49,681 nt of DNA, taken from positions 1 through 49,681 of the forward strand of contig CANFLP010000001.1 of NCBI GenBank assembly GCA_947447835.1. Reading direction: 5' to 3'. Origin of the DNA: Bacteroidota bacterium. Lineage in GTDB: Bacteria; Bacteroidota; Bacteroidia; Chitinophagales; Chitinophagaceae. A program made the translations under genes and the position numbers. A model generated the notes under the pieces. The model was not told the origin of the DNA, made no database searches, and was given only the letters and a program-made list of their open reading frames with translations. Every line of letters begins with the position of its first letter. Positions within the stretch are counted from its first letter, which is position 1. This document shows positions 37,501-47,635 of the stretch, piece by piece.

Positions 37501-40023
37501 TTAGAACAATTCTGGTTGTTCGTCGTTAGGATCTTTAATTACTACCTTGGTTTCCCATTCCATTTCGATAGATTTATTATAGTCGGTCAGTTTAGTACCC
37601 ACTGCTTTCCAACCCATAATATCAACAATCTTACTTACTTTAAACTTTGCTTTTCTAATTTGAGCACCTTTACCTGTATTCACCACTAAAATAGGCTCTA
37701 TTGATGTAGATACTGCTGCTAAGTAGTTACCATCACCTTCCTTGATACAACTAAAAGGGGATCTTAAAGTAGTAGTCTCTATCTTAAAACGTTTAATATT
37801 AAATTGAAGCTTGTCTTTATCCAAGTATACAGCTGTGACAATCTTTTCAGGGTTAAACTTTTCAATACTTAATACTTTCTCAGGATCAAATCTTTGAGAT
37901 TGTTCGGTGTCTATCACTTCATAATATCCATCCTTAGTAAATACCAATAATTTTTCGTCTTCGAAAGTGCCTAAGTAGATACCCTTTTCTTCATTATTCA
38001 AACGGCCAAACTTGTCGTCGAACCAAAGCTTACGACCAACCAAGGTACTCTTACCTGCTTCTTTTAAACGAACTGTTTTAATAGGATATTTAGTAACCTG
38101 ATTGCCGACACTACTTCGACCTTTCACTTCTAAAGTTTCAAAATAGAAATCAAATTCTTTAATACGTGCAGAGCAATTTGGACTTAGAATAATTTTAACC
38201 GATTCAGCTTCCCCATTTGCATTCACCGACATATAATGCACTTTGGACTTTTCTAAACTCTTAGCTAATGGGTACTCCTTATCGCGGGTAACACCTGTAA
38301 CATTAAATCTTTTTGCATAACTAATTCCACTTGCTCCATCTACATAAACCATATTATAGGTAGTACGCTCGTCGTTCTTTTGGAATACTGCAGCATGTAT
38401 TATATCCTTGCCTATAAATACCTTATCTGAAACTTTCACCACTTTCATGATACCAGATTTGGTAAAAGCAATAATATCATCATAGTCGGTACAATCACAA
38501 AGGAATTCGTCTTTCTTTAAACTAGTGCCAATAAAACCTTCTGCTTTATTTATGTAAAGCTTAGTATTTGCAATGGCAACTTGTTTAACCTGGATAGTAT
38601 CAAATTCTTTTATCTCTGTTTTACGTTCTTTACCCTTTCCGTATTTCTTTTGCAAGTTCTCGTAATAACTAACCGCATAGTCAACCAAATTTTCTAAATG
38701 ATGTTTGGTTTCTTTAATGTCAGCTTCGATTCCTTTAATTTGTTGAATTAAGTCTTCAATATCTAATTTATAAATACGTCTTACAGGCTTGTCAGTCAAC
38801 TTTAATAAATCGGCACGTTCTATTGGTTTTTTGAATTTCTTTTTAAATGGTTCAAATGCTTTATCAATAGCATCAATTACTTTTTCCCAGTTCAAATGTT
38901 TTTTCTCTAATTCTTGGTAAATCTTTTCTTCGAAAAATATTTTTTCCAAGCTAGTAAAATGCCATTTGTCTTCTAATTCTTTTAATTGAATTTCAAGCTC
39001 CGCTTTTAGTAAAGCTTTAGTATGGTCTACCGAATATTTAAGCAAATCAGATGCGCCTAAAAATTGGGGTCTATTGTCAACAATTACACAAGCATTTGGA
39101 GAAAGACTTATTTCACAATCAGTAAAAGCATATAATGCATCAATAGTTATATCTGGAGAAATGCCAGTTGCTAAATCAATTTGAATTTCAACTTCTGCAG
39201 CAGTTACGTCGGTTACTTTTTTAATTTTGATTTTACCTTGGTCATTTGCCTTAGTAATACTTTCCATTAATTGTGTTGTAGTAACACTATATGGAACGTC
39301 TTTTATTAATAAAGTCTTTTTATCTAACTCTTCGATATGCGCGCGGACTCTTACTTTACCTCCACGTCTACCATCGTTGTAATTAGAAGCATCAATCATG
39401 CCACCCGTTTGAAAATCTGGCAATAATTCAAATTTACGTCCTCTTAAATGTTTGATACTTGCCTCTAATAGTTCATTAAAATTATGAGGAAGAATTTTAG
39501 TAGATAAACCTACCGCAATACCATCAGCACCTTGTGCTAACAATAAAGGGAACTTCATTGGTAAGGTTACAGGTTCGTTTTTACGACCATCATAACTTAA
39601 TGCCCACTCTGTAGTCTTGGCATTGAATGCAACATCCAAAGCGAATTTACTTAAACGTGCTTCAATATATCTTGATGCCGCAGCTGAATCACCCGTGCGC
39701 ACATCACCCCAATTACCTTGTGTTTCTACTAATAAATTCTTTTGACCAATATTCACCAATGCATCTCCAATACTTGCATCACCATGAGGGTGATACTGCA
39801 TACTTTGACCAATGATGTTAGCTACTTTGTTGAATCTTCCATCATCCATTTCCTTCATGGCGTGTAAGATTCTACGTTGTACTGGTTTTAATCCGTCTTC
39901 TATTGCAGGTACCGCTCTTTCTAAAATAACATAAGATGCATAGTCCAAGAACCAGTTTTTATACTGCCCTTGAACACCCGATTCGTTTTCCGTTACTCTA
40001 CTTAAATTTTTCTCTTTTGCCAT
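37501..40023 (-). CDS. parC: DNA topoisomerase IV subunit A
   Basis: DGLKPVQRRIL, YHPHGD and active-site AAASRYIEARL; no GyrA box seen; paired with a ParE-type B subunit. Confidence 0.92.
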   Translation of the reverse strand: MAKEKNLSRVTENESGVQGQYKNWFLDYASYVILERAVPAIEDGLKPVQRRILHAMKEMDDGRFNKVANIIGQSMQYHPHGDASIGDALVNIGQKNLLVETQGNWGDVRTGDSAAASRYIEARLSKFALDVAFNAKTTEWALSYDGRKNEPVTLPMKFPLLLAQGADGIAVGLSTKILPHNFNELLEASIKHLRGRKFELLPDFQTGGMIDASNYNDGRRGGKVRVRAHIEELDKKTLLIKDVPYSVTTTQLMESITKANDQGKIKIKKVTDVTAAEVEIQIDLATGISPDITIDALYAFTDCEISLSPNACVIVDNRPQFLGASDLLKYSVDHTKALLKAELEIQLKELEDKWHFTSLEKIFFEEKIYQELEKKHLNWEKVIDAIDKAFEPFKKKFKKPIERADLLKLTDKPVRRIYKLDIEDLIQQIKGIEADIKETKHHLENLVDYAVSYYENLQKKYGKGKERKTEIKEFDTIQVKQVAIANTKLYINKAEGFIGTSLKKDEFLCDCTDYDDIIAFTKSGIMKVVKVSDKVFIGKDIIHAAVFQKNDERTTYNMVYVDGASGISYAKRFNVTGVTRDKEYPLAKSLEKSKVHYMSVNANGEAESVKIILSPNCSARIKEFDFYFETLEVKGRSSVGNQVTKYPIKTVRLKEAGKSTLVGRKLWFDDKFGRLNNEEKGIYLGTFEDEKLLVFTKDGYYEVIDTEQSQRFDPEKVLSIEKFNPEKIVTAVYLDKDKLQFNIKRFKIETTTLRSPFSCIKEGDGNYLAAVSTSIEPILVVNTGKGAQIRKAKFKVSKIVDIMGWKAVGTKLTDYNKSIEMEWETKVVIKDPNDEQPELF

Positions 40024-40044
40024 ATTTGTAATTACTTAGAACCA

Positions 40045-40413
40045 TTATAGTCGATAAGTGTCTTCACTACCGTCTTTTAAACTATTTAATTCGACAAAAA
40101 CAATATCCGTGATTGCAGTTAACTCATGCCATACATTGGCATTTATTAAAACCCTAGTGGGTGCATTCAAGGTTACGGTCTCCTCTGTATTTTTATCCAA
40201 ATCTTTCCAATGCAATGTTGCTGAACCTTGCACTAAAAGCATGTCTTCCGGATTTTTACCAGCCGAAATGCCTTTATGGTAATGCTGACCACTTACCGTT
40301 CCTGCTTTTCGATAGACTAATAAAAATTCGCCTGTTCGGTCTGTACTAAAATAATGAAGTGCACCACGTTCATCTACTGCTTTAACATCTATTGAACTAA
40401 TTGTTACACTCAT
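40045..40413 (-). CDS. Small cupin-fold protein
   Basis: DERG motif, G.HYH....E....QG and WH motifs typical of cupin (WxcM/FdtA-like) domains. Confidence 0.6.
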   Translation of the reverse strand: MSVTISSIDVKAVDERGALHYFSTDRTGEFLLVYRKAGTVSGQHYHKGISAGKNPEDMLLVQGSATLHWKDLDKNTEETVTLNAPTRVLINANVWHELTAITDIVFVELNSLKDGSEDTYRL

Positions 40414-40424
40414 TATTGTATTAT

Positions 40425-41264
40425 TTATGCTTCAACAGTTTCAACAATTGTTGTTGATCCACCTGGCATTTGTACGACCATATCTTTCCAACCTTTTGCC
40501 CAATCACCTACAAAAACAATTTTACCCTCATCGGCCAATGCCTTTAAACGATAAACAATAAACGCATCACCCAATTTCACTTTTAACTTTCCCATGATAT
40601 TAGACAAAGCACTTGGTAATTTTTGAGCGTTCTTAGTAAGTAAAGACAAAATCTCTTTGTCGTAGCAGCCAATATTTAAACTGACTAATTTTTTACCACC
40701 TTCTAAAAAACGAACACCTTCATTTTCAACACATAACTTCTTCCACTCATCTGGATCTAATTCAAATTCACTTAAAGTAATAGGGCGAGCTAATTTCTTG
40801 GCTTTTAAAAATTCTTTAGGTTGAATTTGACTCAAATAAGTTGGGTAAAACAATTGTCCTTTTTCATTTAAGAAAGGAAGATTGTTTAAATACAAAACTT
40901 GAATACGACCTTGGTATTCTTTAAACTGACTCATGAACCAGTAATAGCCAGATACATCATGCGCATTCTGTCCCATCCATATCCAAATGACTTCGTTCTC
41001 GTCATGAGTTAATGCATTGGATAATTGATGTACCGTTAATTTATCATCTACGATATCTAACTGATCCACGTATGGAGATGCCTCCAAAACTTTCAACCAC
41101 CAATCACGACGTGCTTGATAACCTTCGGTTTCATAAATATCTTGTAATGGACCTACAGCATAGTCATCCTTTATCTCAATAACTTTACCTGACAAGGTCT
41201 CGTCCAATTCAATGGCGGCTTCTAATGCAGCAATATCTGCTGTGTTAAACACTAAGTGTATCAT
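40425..41264 (-). CDS. DUF1835/DUF3658-like protein
   Basis: MIHLVF, D.AVGPL, R..W, IW..QN.HD..G, W..L..EN..VR and GD.F...R...L...G pattern; overlaps the parE 3' end by 20 nt. Confidence 0.75.
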   Translation of the reverse strand: MIHLVFNTADIAALEAAIELDETLSGKVIEIKDDYAVGPLQDIYETEGYQARRDWWLKVLEASPYVDQLDIVDDKLTVHQLSNALTHDENEVIWIWMGQNAHDVSGYYWFMSQFKEYQGRIQVLYLNNLPFLNEKGQLFYPTYLSQIQPKEFLKAKKLARPITLSEFELDPDEWKKLCVENEGVRFLEGGKKLVSLNIGCYDKEILSLLTKNAQKLPSALSNIMGKLKVKLGDAFIVYRLKALADEGKIVFVGDWAKGWKDMVVQMPGGSTTIVETVEA

Positions 41265-43140
41265 GCGCTTTATCTAATTCTACTTTTAAATTATTGATAA
41301 TAAAATCTTGTCTTTCAGGAGAGTTTTTACCCATATAATATTCCAACAAATGTTGAATATGATCACCTTGTTCCAAGATGACTGGTGCTAATTTTATATC
41401 AGCATTAATAAACTTGCCAAACTCTTCGGGACTAATCTCACCTAAACCCTTAAATCTAGTGATTTCTGGCTTGCTTCCTAATTCACTAATTGCTTTTTGT
41501 TTTTCACTTTCGTCGTAACAATAAATAGTCTTTTGTTTATTACGCACTCGGAACAATGGAGTTTCTAAAACAAATACGTGGCCTCTTTTAACTAGGTCTG
41601 GGAAGAATTGTAAAAAGAAGGTAAGCATCAACAAGCGTATATGCATTCCATCTACGTCCGCATCTGTTGCAATTACAATATTGTTATAACGCAAGCCTTC
41701 TAAACCATCTTCAATATTTAGGGCATGTTGTAATAAATTAAATTCCTCGTTTTCGTAAACCACTTTCTTTGTTAACCCAAATGCATTCAATGGTTTACCT
41801 CTTAAGCTAAATACCGCTTGGGTATCAACATTACGAGATTTAGTGATACTTCCACTTGCTGAGTCACCCTCCGTAATAAATAAGGTACTTGCTTTTTGTG
41901 TAGCAATAAACATTTCCTTATTCTTTGCTGGTAAATCATCGCTTAAATGCACACGACAATCTCTTAATTTCTTATTATGCAAATTGGCTTTCTTCGCACG
42001 TTCATTGGCTAACTTTTTTATACCCGCCAATTCCTTACGTTCACGCTCGTTTTGTTCTATGCGCTTTTTTAATGCCTCTGCAACAGCCGAGTTACGATGT
42101 AAGAAATTATCTAATTCTTTTGATAAAAATTCAGTGACAAAATTCTTCATACTTGGGCCGCCATCAGCAACGTTCTGAGAGCCTAATTTAGTTTTGGTCT
42201 GACTTTCAAATACAGGTTCTTGCACACGAACTGAAACAGCCGCCACAATACTTGTCCTAATATCTGAAGCCTCATAATCTTTCTTATAAAAATCACGGAT
42301 TACTTTTACATAAGCTTCTCTAAAAGCTTGTTGGTGCGTACCTCCTTGTGTGGTATACTGACCATTTACAAAAGAGAAGATGTCTTCACCATAATCGTTA
42401 TTATGAGAAATAGCCACCTCAATATCCTCAGCACTTAAATGTACAATTGGGTATCTTAATTCGTCAGGATTGGTTTTGCGTTCTAATAAATCTAATAAAC
42501 CATTTTTACTAACAAACTTTTTATCATTGAAATGAATTACTAAACCAGCATTCAGATAACAATAGTTCCAAAGTTGACTTTCAATATATTCGTAAATGAA
42601 ATGATAGTTTTTAAACACCGTTGAGTCTGGTGTAAAACATACTAAAGTACCATTTGACTCAGTAGTTTTTGTTTCTTTAGTCTCATTTATAAGAAGACCC
42701 TTTTGAAAAGTAGCGGATCTACACTTTCCCTCTCTAAAAGCAGTTACTGTAAAATCCTCACTTAATGCGTTCACTGCTTTGGTACCCACACCATTCAAAC
42801 CTACCGATTTTTGGAAAGCCTTACTATCGTATTTCGCACCCGTATTGATCTTACTAACTACGTCTACAATTTTCCCCAAGGGAATACCGCGACCATAATC
42901 TCGGATAGTTACGGTTTTATCTTGAATAGAAATTTCTACCTGCTTACCATAACCCATGGTGTGTTCATCAATACAGTTATCTATTACTTCTTTAATTAAT
43001 ACGTAAATGCCATCATCAGGTGCTGTACCATCACCTAACTTTCCAATATACATACCCGGACGTAAACGTATATGTTCTTTCCAGTCTAATGACCTAATAG
43101 AGTCTTCGTTATATTCTGATGCAATCTTTGCTTCTGCCAT
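41245..43140 (-). CDS. parE: DNA topoisomerase IV subunit B
   Basis: [50 protein letters not shown] and RFKGLGE; ATG at 43140 preferred over the TTG at 43149. Confidence 0.93.
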   Translation of the reverse strand: MAEAKIASEYNEDSIRSLDWKEHIRLRPGMYIGKLGDGTAPDDGIYVLIKEVIDNCIDEHTMGYGKQVEISIQDKTVTIRDYGRGIPLGKIVDVVSKINTGAKYDSKAFQKSVGLNGVGTKAVNALSEDFTVTAFREGKCRSATFQKGLLINETKETKTTESNGTLVCFTPDSTVFKNYHFIYEYIESQLWNYCYLNAGLVIHFNDKKFVSKNGLLDLLERKTNPDELRYPIVHLSAEDIEVAISHNNDYGEDIFSFVNGQYTTQGGTHQQAFREAYVKVIRDFYKKDYEASDIRTSIVAAVSVRVQEPVFESQTKTKLGSQNVADGGPSMKNFVTEFLSKELDNFLHRNSAVAEALKKRIEQNERERKELAGIKKLANERAKKANLHNKKLRDCRVHLSDDLPAKNKEMFIATQKASTLFITEGDSASGSITKSRNVDTQAVFSLRGKPLNAFGLTKKVVYENEEFNLLQHALNIEDGLEGLRYNNIVIATDADVDGMHIRLLMLTFFLQFFPDLVKRGHVFVLETPLFRVRNKQKTIYCYDESEKQKAISELGSKPEITRFKGLGEISPEEFGKFINADIKLAPVILEQGDHIQHLLEYYMGKNSPERQDFIINNLKVELDKAHDTLSV

Positions 43141-43183
43141 AATTATCAATACTTTATGGGCATAAAATGCCCTAGTCTAGCTG

Positions 43184-43191
43184 CAAATCTA
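43184..43191 (-). promoter_or_regulatory. Candidate -7 element (TAGATTTG) for the parE operon
   Basis: Exact TAnnTTTG on the minus strand with TTG 19 nt upstream; a small GGGCAT-AAA-ATGCCC hairpin lies in the leader. Confidence 0.6.
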
Positions 43192-43238
43192 ATTCTCAAA
43201 CCTACTTAAGCAATCTAAAAAGATGCAAAAATGGGCAA

Positions 43239-43799
43239 ATGTGGATAAAAGGATTTATGCATTATCTTTATCCCATCAAAAACGAAGCAACATATCCTAT
43301 TGTAGACCTTGAATTCATAAAAAACAAGGCAATTGAGTTAGAAGCAGAAAACCTTGAATTCCAGGATTTTTTAAGGAATTTGGACAGTTTAAGCTTAGAT
43401 AAAGCCGTTTTTGAGCTTTCCGAAGCCATTTCACCTAAAATTGAATGTACCGACTGTGGCAACTGCTGCAAAAGTCTGATGGTGAATATAGACGAAGCTG
43501 AAGCCAACCATTTATCCGCACATTTAGGACAAACCAGGGCCGAATTTGATGAAAAGTACCTAGACAAAGGTGAATCAGGCAGAATGGTCGTAAATGCCAT
43601 ACCCTGCCATTTTTTAGTAGGAAACAGTTGTAGTGTATATAGCCATCGTTTTGCTGGATGTAAAGAATTCCCTGCCTTTCATGTCCCAGATTTTAATAAA
43701 AGGTTATTTACAACCTATATGCATTACGATAGATGCCCAATTATTTTCAATGTAATTGAAGCCTTAAAAGTGGATGCTGGTTTTAAAGCCATTTCATAA
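43239..43799 (+). CDS. YkgJ family cysteine-cluster protein
   Basis: CTDCGNCC, PCHFL...CSVY..R...C..FP; start codon uncertain (43239, 43257 or later). Confidence 0.88.
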   Translation: MWIKGFMHYLYPIKNEATYPIVDLEFIKNKAIELEAENLEFQDFLRNLDSLSLDKAVFELSEAISPKIECTDCGNCCKSLMVNIDEAEANHLSAHLGQTRAEFDEKYLDKGESGRMVVNAIPCHFLVGNSCSVYSHRFAGCKEFPAFHVPDFNKRLFTTYMHYDRCPIIFNVIEALKVDAGFKAIS

Positions 43800-43817
43800 T
43801 TTCATATCACTTAATTT

Positions 43818-44987
43818 ATGCATTTACAATTTGGAATTGATAACATACTAGCAAATCATCCTCATTGGAAAAAGGAACGCATTGGTTTTTTAACGAATGA
43901 TGCAGCAACAACAAATAATGGAATAAAAAGTAGAAAAGCATTACAAGATGCTGGTTTCAATTTGGTGCAATTATTTTCTCCCGAACATGGTATTAATGCA
44001 AATGGCATTGATGGTGCAAGTATCGCAAATGTAATTGATGAGATTACGGGCATTCCTGTAATAAGCTTGTATGGAGAGCAATTTATGCCTTCAGAAAATG
44101 ATATTCAAGCTATTGATATAATGCTTTTTGATATACCAGATGCAGGCACTCGTTTTTATACCTATTTGTGGTCAATGACCTATTGGATTGAGGCTGCTGC
44201 AAAATACAATAAGCAAGTAATTATATTAGATAGACCAAATCCTTTAGGGGGCAACTTATCTTTAAGCGAGGGGCCAATGTTAGATGATAGTGTTACAAGT
44301 TTTATAGGACGATTTAATATTCCCATTAAACATCAATGTACAATTGGAGAACTTGCAAAATATTTTAATATTACAGAATCGTTGAATGCCTATTTAACTG
44401 TTATAAAATGTGAAGGTTGGAAAAGAGATGAATTGTTTTATGATTGGAATATGAATTGGGTGAAACCATCTCCAGCTTTGCAAAATATTGAAGCCACCGT
44501 ATTGTATCCAGGACTTTGTTTTTTTGAAGCAACGAATGTATCTGTTGGAAGAGGTACTGCTTATTCCTTTGAATGGATTGGTGCAGAATGGTTTAACCTT
44601 CCTGCTATGGCAATGGTTTGGCAAAATATTTTAAGAGAAGATTTTAAAATAGAAACCTTAAAACTACCTATAACATTAAATGGTAAAACAACGGAAACCA
44701 AAGGAATACGAATTAAAGTAATAGATCCTTATCATTTTGATGCAGTGTTAAATGGATTGCTGATTATGAAATTAGTAAGAGATTTACATCCTCAAGATTT
44801 TAAATGGATGCCCTATCCTACTAGTGCAAATCCAAGTGGTGAAAACCATTTGTCATTATTGTTGGGAATAGAAAATGCAGAAAAGATATTTGATTTACCA
44901 TTACAACAATGGTTACAACAAATTGGAAAATTATTAAGGGTAGACGCATGGCGATCTACTATTGAACCTTATTTATTGTATGCATAA
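43818..44987 (+). CDS. namZ: Exo-beta-N-acetylmuramidase NamZ family (DUF1343)
   Basis: LFSPEHG, SLYG, FDI.D.G.RFYTY, LDRPNP, T.GELA and SVGRGT; no signal peptide. Confidence 0.9.
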   Translation: MHLQFGIDNILANHPHWKKERIGFLTNDAATTNNGIKSRKALQDAGFNLVQLFSPEHGINANGIDGASIANVIDEITGIPVISLYGEQFMPSENDIQAIDIMLFDIPDAGTRFYTYLWSMTYWIEAAAKYNKQVIILDRPNPLGGNLSLSEGPMLDDSVTSFIGRFNIPIKHQCTIGELAKYFNITESLNAYLTVIKCEGWKRDELFYDWNMNWVKPSPALQNIEATVLYPGLCFFEATNVSVGRGTAYSFEWIGAEWFNLPAMAMVWQNILREDFKIETLKLPITLNGKTTETKGIRIKVIDPYHFDAVLNGLLIMKLVRDLHPQDFKWMPYPTSANPSGENHLSLLLGIENAEKIFDLPLQQWLQQIGKLLRVDAWRSTIEPYLLYA

Positions 44988-45853
44988 TGCGTGTTTCTAA
45001 TAACATAACCAATGTGGCAATATTAGCCAACCCAAAAGCAGGCGGTGGTAAAGCTATGCTAGTAGCTAATTGGCTTTCGTCACAACTAGTGTTATTAAAA
45101 ATTTCCAATACTATATATTCAAACGAATGGCCTTTAGCATTAAATGAAACCCATTATTCTGATTGTTGGATAATTGGAGGTGATGGCACTATTAACTATT
45201 TTATAAACAAATATCCCAATTGTAAGTTATCATTAGCATTATTTAACGGGGGCACTGGGAATGATTTTGCTTGGAAACTATATGGAGATGGAAATTTAAA
45301 AGCTAGATTTAATCAAGTAATCAATGCTAACCCTAAATTAATTGATGCGGGAATTGTAAATGAAAAATTATACATAAATTGTATGGGTGTTGGATTTGAC
45401 GGGGAGGTAATACAAAGTATGAGTGCCATTCGTTTCTTAGGAGGGTATTTTGGTTACTTATTGGCAGTAATTATAAAAATTATTGGATTTAAGGAGCCAA
45501 ATTTATTAATACAAACCGGAGATGAAATCATGCATAATAAATACTTATTGGCATTGATTGTAAATTCTTCAAGAGCAGGTGGAAGTTTTTTTATTGCGCC
45601 AAATGCAGAAATAAATGATGGAGCATTAGATATGGTTTTATGTGAAGCGCTGCCAGTATGGAAAAGATTAATATATCTGCCAAAAATTAAAGCAGGAAAA
45701 CACATGCACCTTCCAATTGTAAAGCACAGACTAGGAAAAGAATTCAAGATTAATTGCGAAGTTGAAATGCCAATACAGATAGACGGAGAATTGATATTTG
45801 CAAAAGAGATTAATATAACTGTATTAGCTCAACAGTTTTATTTCAGGTATTAA
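44987..45853 (+). CDS. Diacylglycerol/lipid kinase family protein (YegS/DgkB-like)
   Basis: NPKAGGG, GGDGT, GTGNDFA, GVGFDG and QIDGE. Confidence 0.93.
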   Translation: MRVSNNITNVAILANPKAGGGKAMLVANWLSSQLVLLKISNTIYSNEWPLALNETHYSDCWIIGGDGTINYFINKYPNCKLSLALFNGGTGNDFAWKLYGDGNLKARFNQVINANPKLIDAGIVNEKLYINCMGVGFDGEVIQSMSAIRFLGGYFGYLLAVIIKIIGFKEPNLLIQTGDEIMHNKYLLALIVNSSRAGGSFFIAPNAEINDGALDMVLCEALPVWKRLIYLPKIKAGKHMHLPIVKHRLGKEFKINCEVEMPIQIDGELIFAKEINITVLAQQFYFRY

Positions 45854-47046
45854 GCCTCATCCGTAACTTGGTTGATTTTATCTACCCTTTTTGTTCCTGC
45901 ATATAATTCATATTCCAATAATCGGCAATCAATGGTTGCATTGAAAAATTCTATACGACGACTTGGTTTTAATCGAATTTTTTTAGCCAATTCTAAATTA
46001 CCAGTGAAAATATAGCCGGTCATTCCTTTGCACTTATTTTTCATATAATCACCCATGCGCGCATAGGTTGCTTCTAATTCTACTTCCTCGCCTAGTCTTT
46101 CTCCGTATTCAGGATTAATCATAACTACTGCACCTTCTTCAGGTTCAGGCATTTCAGTTGCTTCAAAATCACAAACTTGGAAATCGATTAAATCTTCTAC
46201 GCCTGCTACTGAAGCATTTATTTTAGCCACTTTAATGGCATCTCTACTAATATCCGATGCAATGATCACTAAATTAGGTAAGTGCCTTATTTGCTCTTCA
46301 ATGATGGTTCTTTCTTTTTCATAAACTGTTTTGTCATATCCAAGCAAATGCATGAATGCATAATTTTTTCTAAACAAACCTGGTGCACGTTTTGTAGCTA
46401 TTAAGGCCGCTTCAATTGCCAAGGTTCCTGAACCACACATTGGATTTACAAAAGCCCCAAACTTATTCCATTTAGTAGATAAAATAGTAGCTGATGCCAA
46501 TGCTTCTAACATAGGAGCTCGTCCTGGTAATTTTCTATAACCATGTCTTGCTAATGAATCGCCAGAAGTATCTAGGAAAACCTCTGCCTCATCATTTTTC
46601 CAAAATAAATATACGACCGCACCTGATAATTCAGAACCAGTGGAAGGTCTTTTGCCACTTACTTCACGCATTCTATCCACCACGGCATCTTTAACACGTA
46701 AGTTTGCAAATAAATTGGTTGAAATCGTATCATTGAAAACATTGCTTATAACAGAAAAATAACCATCGGGCTGAATCATCTTTTCCCAATGTATCGTAAC
46801 TAAATTTTTATGTAACTCATCGGGGTCATTGCAAATAAATGTTTTTAAAGAATACATTACTTGACTTGCACAACGAAGGTTTAAATTTAAACGAATACAA
46901 TCATTCACAGTACCTGTTAATTGAACACCAGTTTGAAAAACTCGATCTACGTCAAATCCTAAACCAATTACCTCAGCTCTTAATGCTGGTGCTAACCATT
47001 TATTACAGGTGATGATAATTTTACTAGGGGTTGTGAATACTTGCAT
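45850..47046 (-). CDS. THUMP-domain class I SAM-dependent RNA methyltransferase (RlmL-like)
   Basis: N..LR.AS, KDAVVD, DTSG.SL..HGYR, APM.E.LA, PMCGSGT and NPEYGERL. Confidence 0.9.
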   Translation of the reverse strand: MQVFTTPSKIIITCNKWLAPALRAEVIGLGFDVDRVFQTGVQLTGTVNDCIRLNLNLRCASQVMYSLKTFICNDPDELHKNLVTIHWEKMIQPDGYFSVISNVFNDTISTNLFANLRVKDAVVDRMREVSGKRPSTGSELSGAVVYLFWKNDEAEVFLDTSGDSLARHGYRKLPGRAPMLEALASATILSTKWNKFGAFVNPMCGSGTLAIEAALIATKRAPGLFRKNYAFMHLLGYDKTVYEKERTIIEEQIRHLPNLVIIASDISRDAIKVAKINASVAGVEDLIDFQVCDFEATEMPEPEEGAVVMINPEYGERLGEEVELEATYARMGDYMKNKCKGMTGYIFTGNLELAKKIRLKPSRRIEFFNATIDCRLLEYELYAGTKRVDKINQVTDEA

Positions 47047-47088
47047 AAGACAAACTTAAATCAATTAATTAAAATGAGGAGTGTAAAC

Positions 47089-47116
47089 AAAAAATCCCCA
47101 TCTTTCGATGAGGATT
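47089..47116 (-). terminator. Intrinsic terminator after tRNA-Val
   Basis: Minus strand AATCCTCATC-GAAA-GATGGGGATT-TTTT. Confidence 0.85.
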
Positions 47117-47130
47117 CTGAAGTTATTCTG

Positions 47131-47205
47131 TGGGAGCACACGGGTTCGAACCGCGGACCCTCTCGGTGTAAACGAGATGCTCTAAACCAACTGAGCTATG
47201 CTCCC
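47131..47205 (-). tRNA. tRNA-Val (anticodon TAC), CCA not encoded
   Basis: GGGAGCA/TGCTCCC acceptor stem, AGCTCAGTTGGTTTAGAGC D arm, TCTCG-TTTACAC-CGAGA anticodon arm, GGTTCGAACCC T arm. Confidence 0.97.
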
Positions 47206-47224
47206 TTTTCCCTTTTGAGGAGTG

Positions 47225-47256
47225 CAAAAATAAGGGGGAAATTGTAAACTCCCAAA
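47225..47256 (-). promoter_or_regulatory. Canonical Bacteroidota promoter for tRNA-Val
   Basis: Minus strand TTTG-N20-TATTTTTG, ending 19 nt before the tRNA. Confidence 0.8.
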
Positions 47257-47267
47257 AAAAAGATGAA

Positions 47268-47558
47268 TTAATTTAATTGAACCGCTGGAAGCCTAGTAGA
47301 TTGGCTATCATAAACGAACAATTCTACTATTTCAAAGCTCCAATACTTGCTTAATGGCGATTTTTCAAGGATATCCTTTACTTCTTTCTTTGAATTTGCA
47401 TTCATAGTTATCCATGAGTTTTGTGTCTCCATACTCACAGCGTAACTGTCAATGATTCCTTTATTTAGTAAATAGTTAATATACGTGCGATGAGGCGGTA
47501 CTAAAGTCATAAATTCCTCATCCATGTCAAAAGATATGATTGCTTGATACTTTTTCAT
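47268..47558 (-). CDS. Small YciI / muconolactone-isomerase-like protein
   Basis: 96 aa; P.HR..IN.L...G....Y, W....A.S..EV...L...PL pattern of a dimeric alpha/beta barrel. Confidence 0.6.
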   Translation of the reverse strand: MKKYQAIISFDMDEEFMTLVPPHRTYINYLLNKGIIDSYAVSMETQNSWITMNANSKKEVKDILEKSPLSKYWSFEIVELFVYDSQSTRLPAVQLN

Positions 47559-47635
47559 GTTAATCTAAGTTAAGTCAAGTATAACAAACCAAAAAACCAA
47601 TTGGGTAATATTTCGGGTATAGTAAACTCCTTTAT

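Noticed and set aside
47041-47247. 68-aa plus-strand ORF
   Set aside because: Antisense to tRNA-Val and its terminator.
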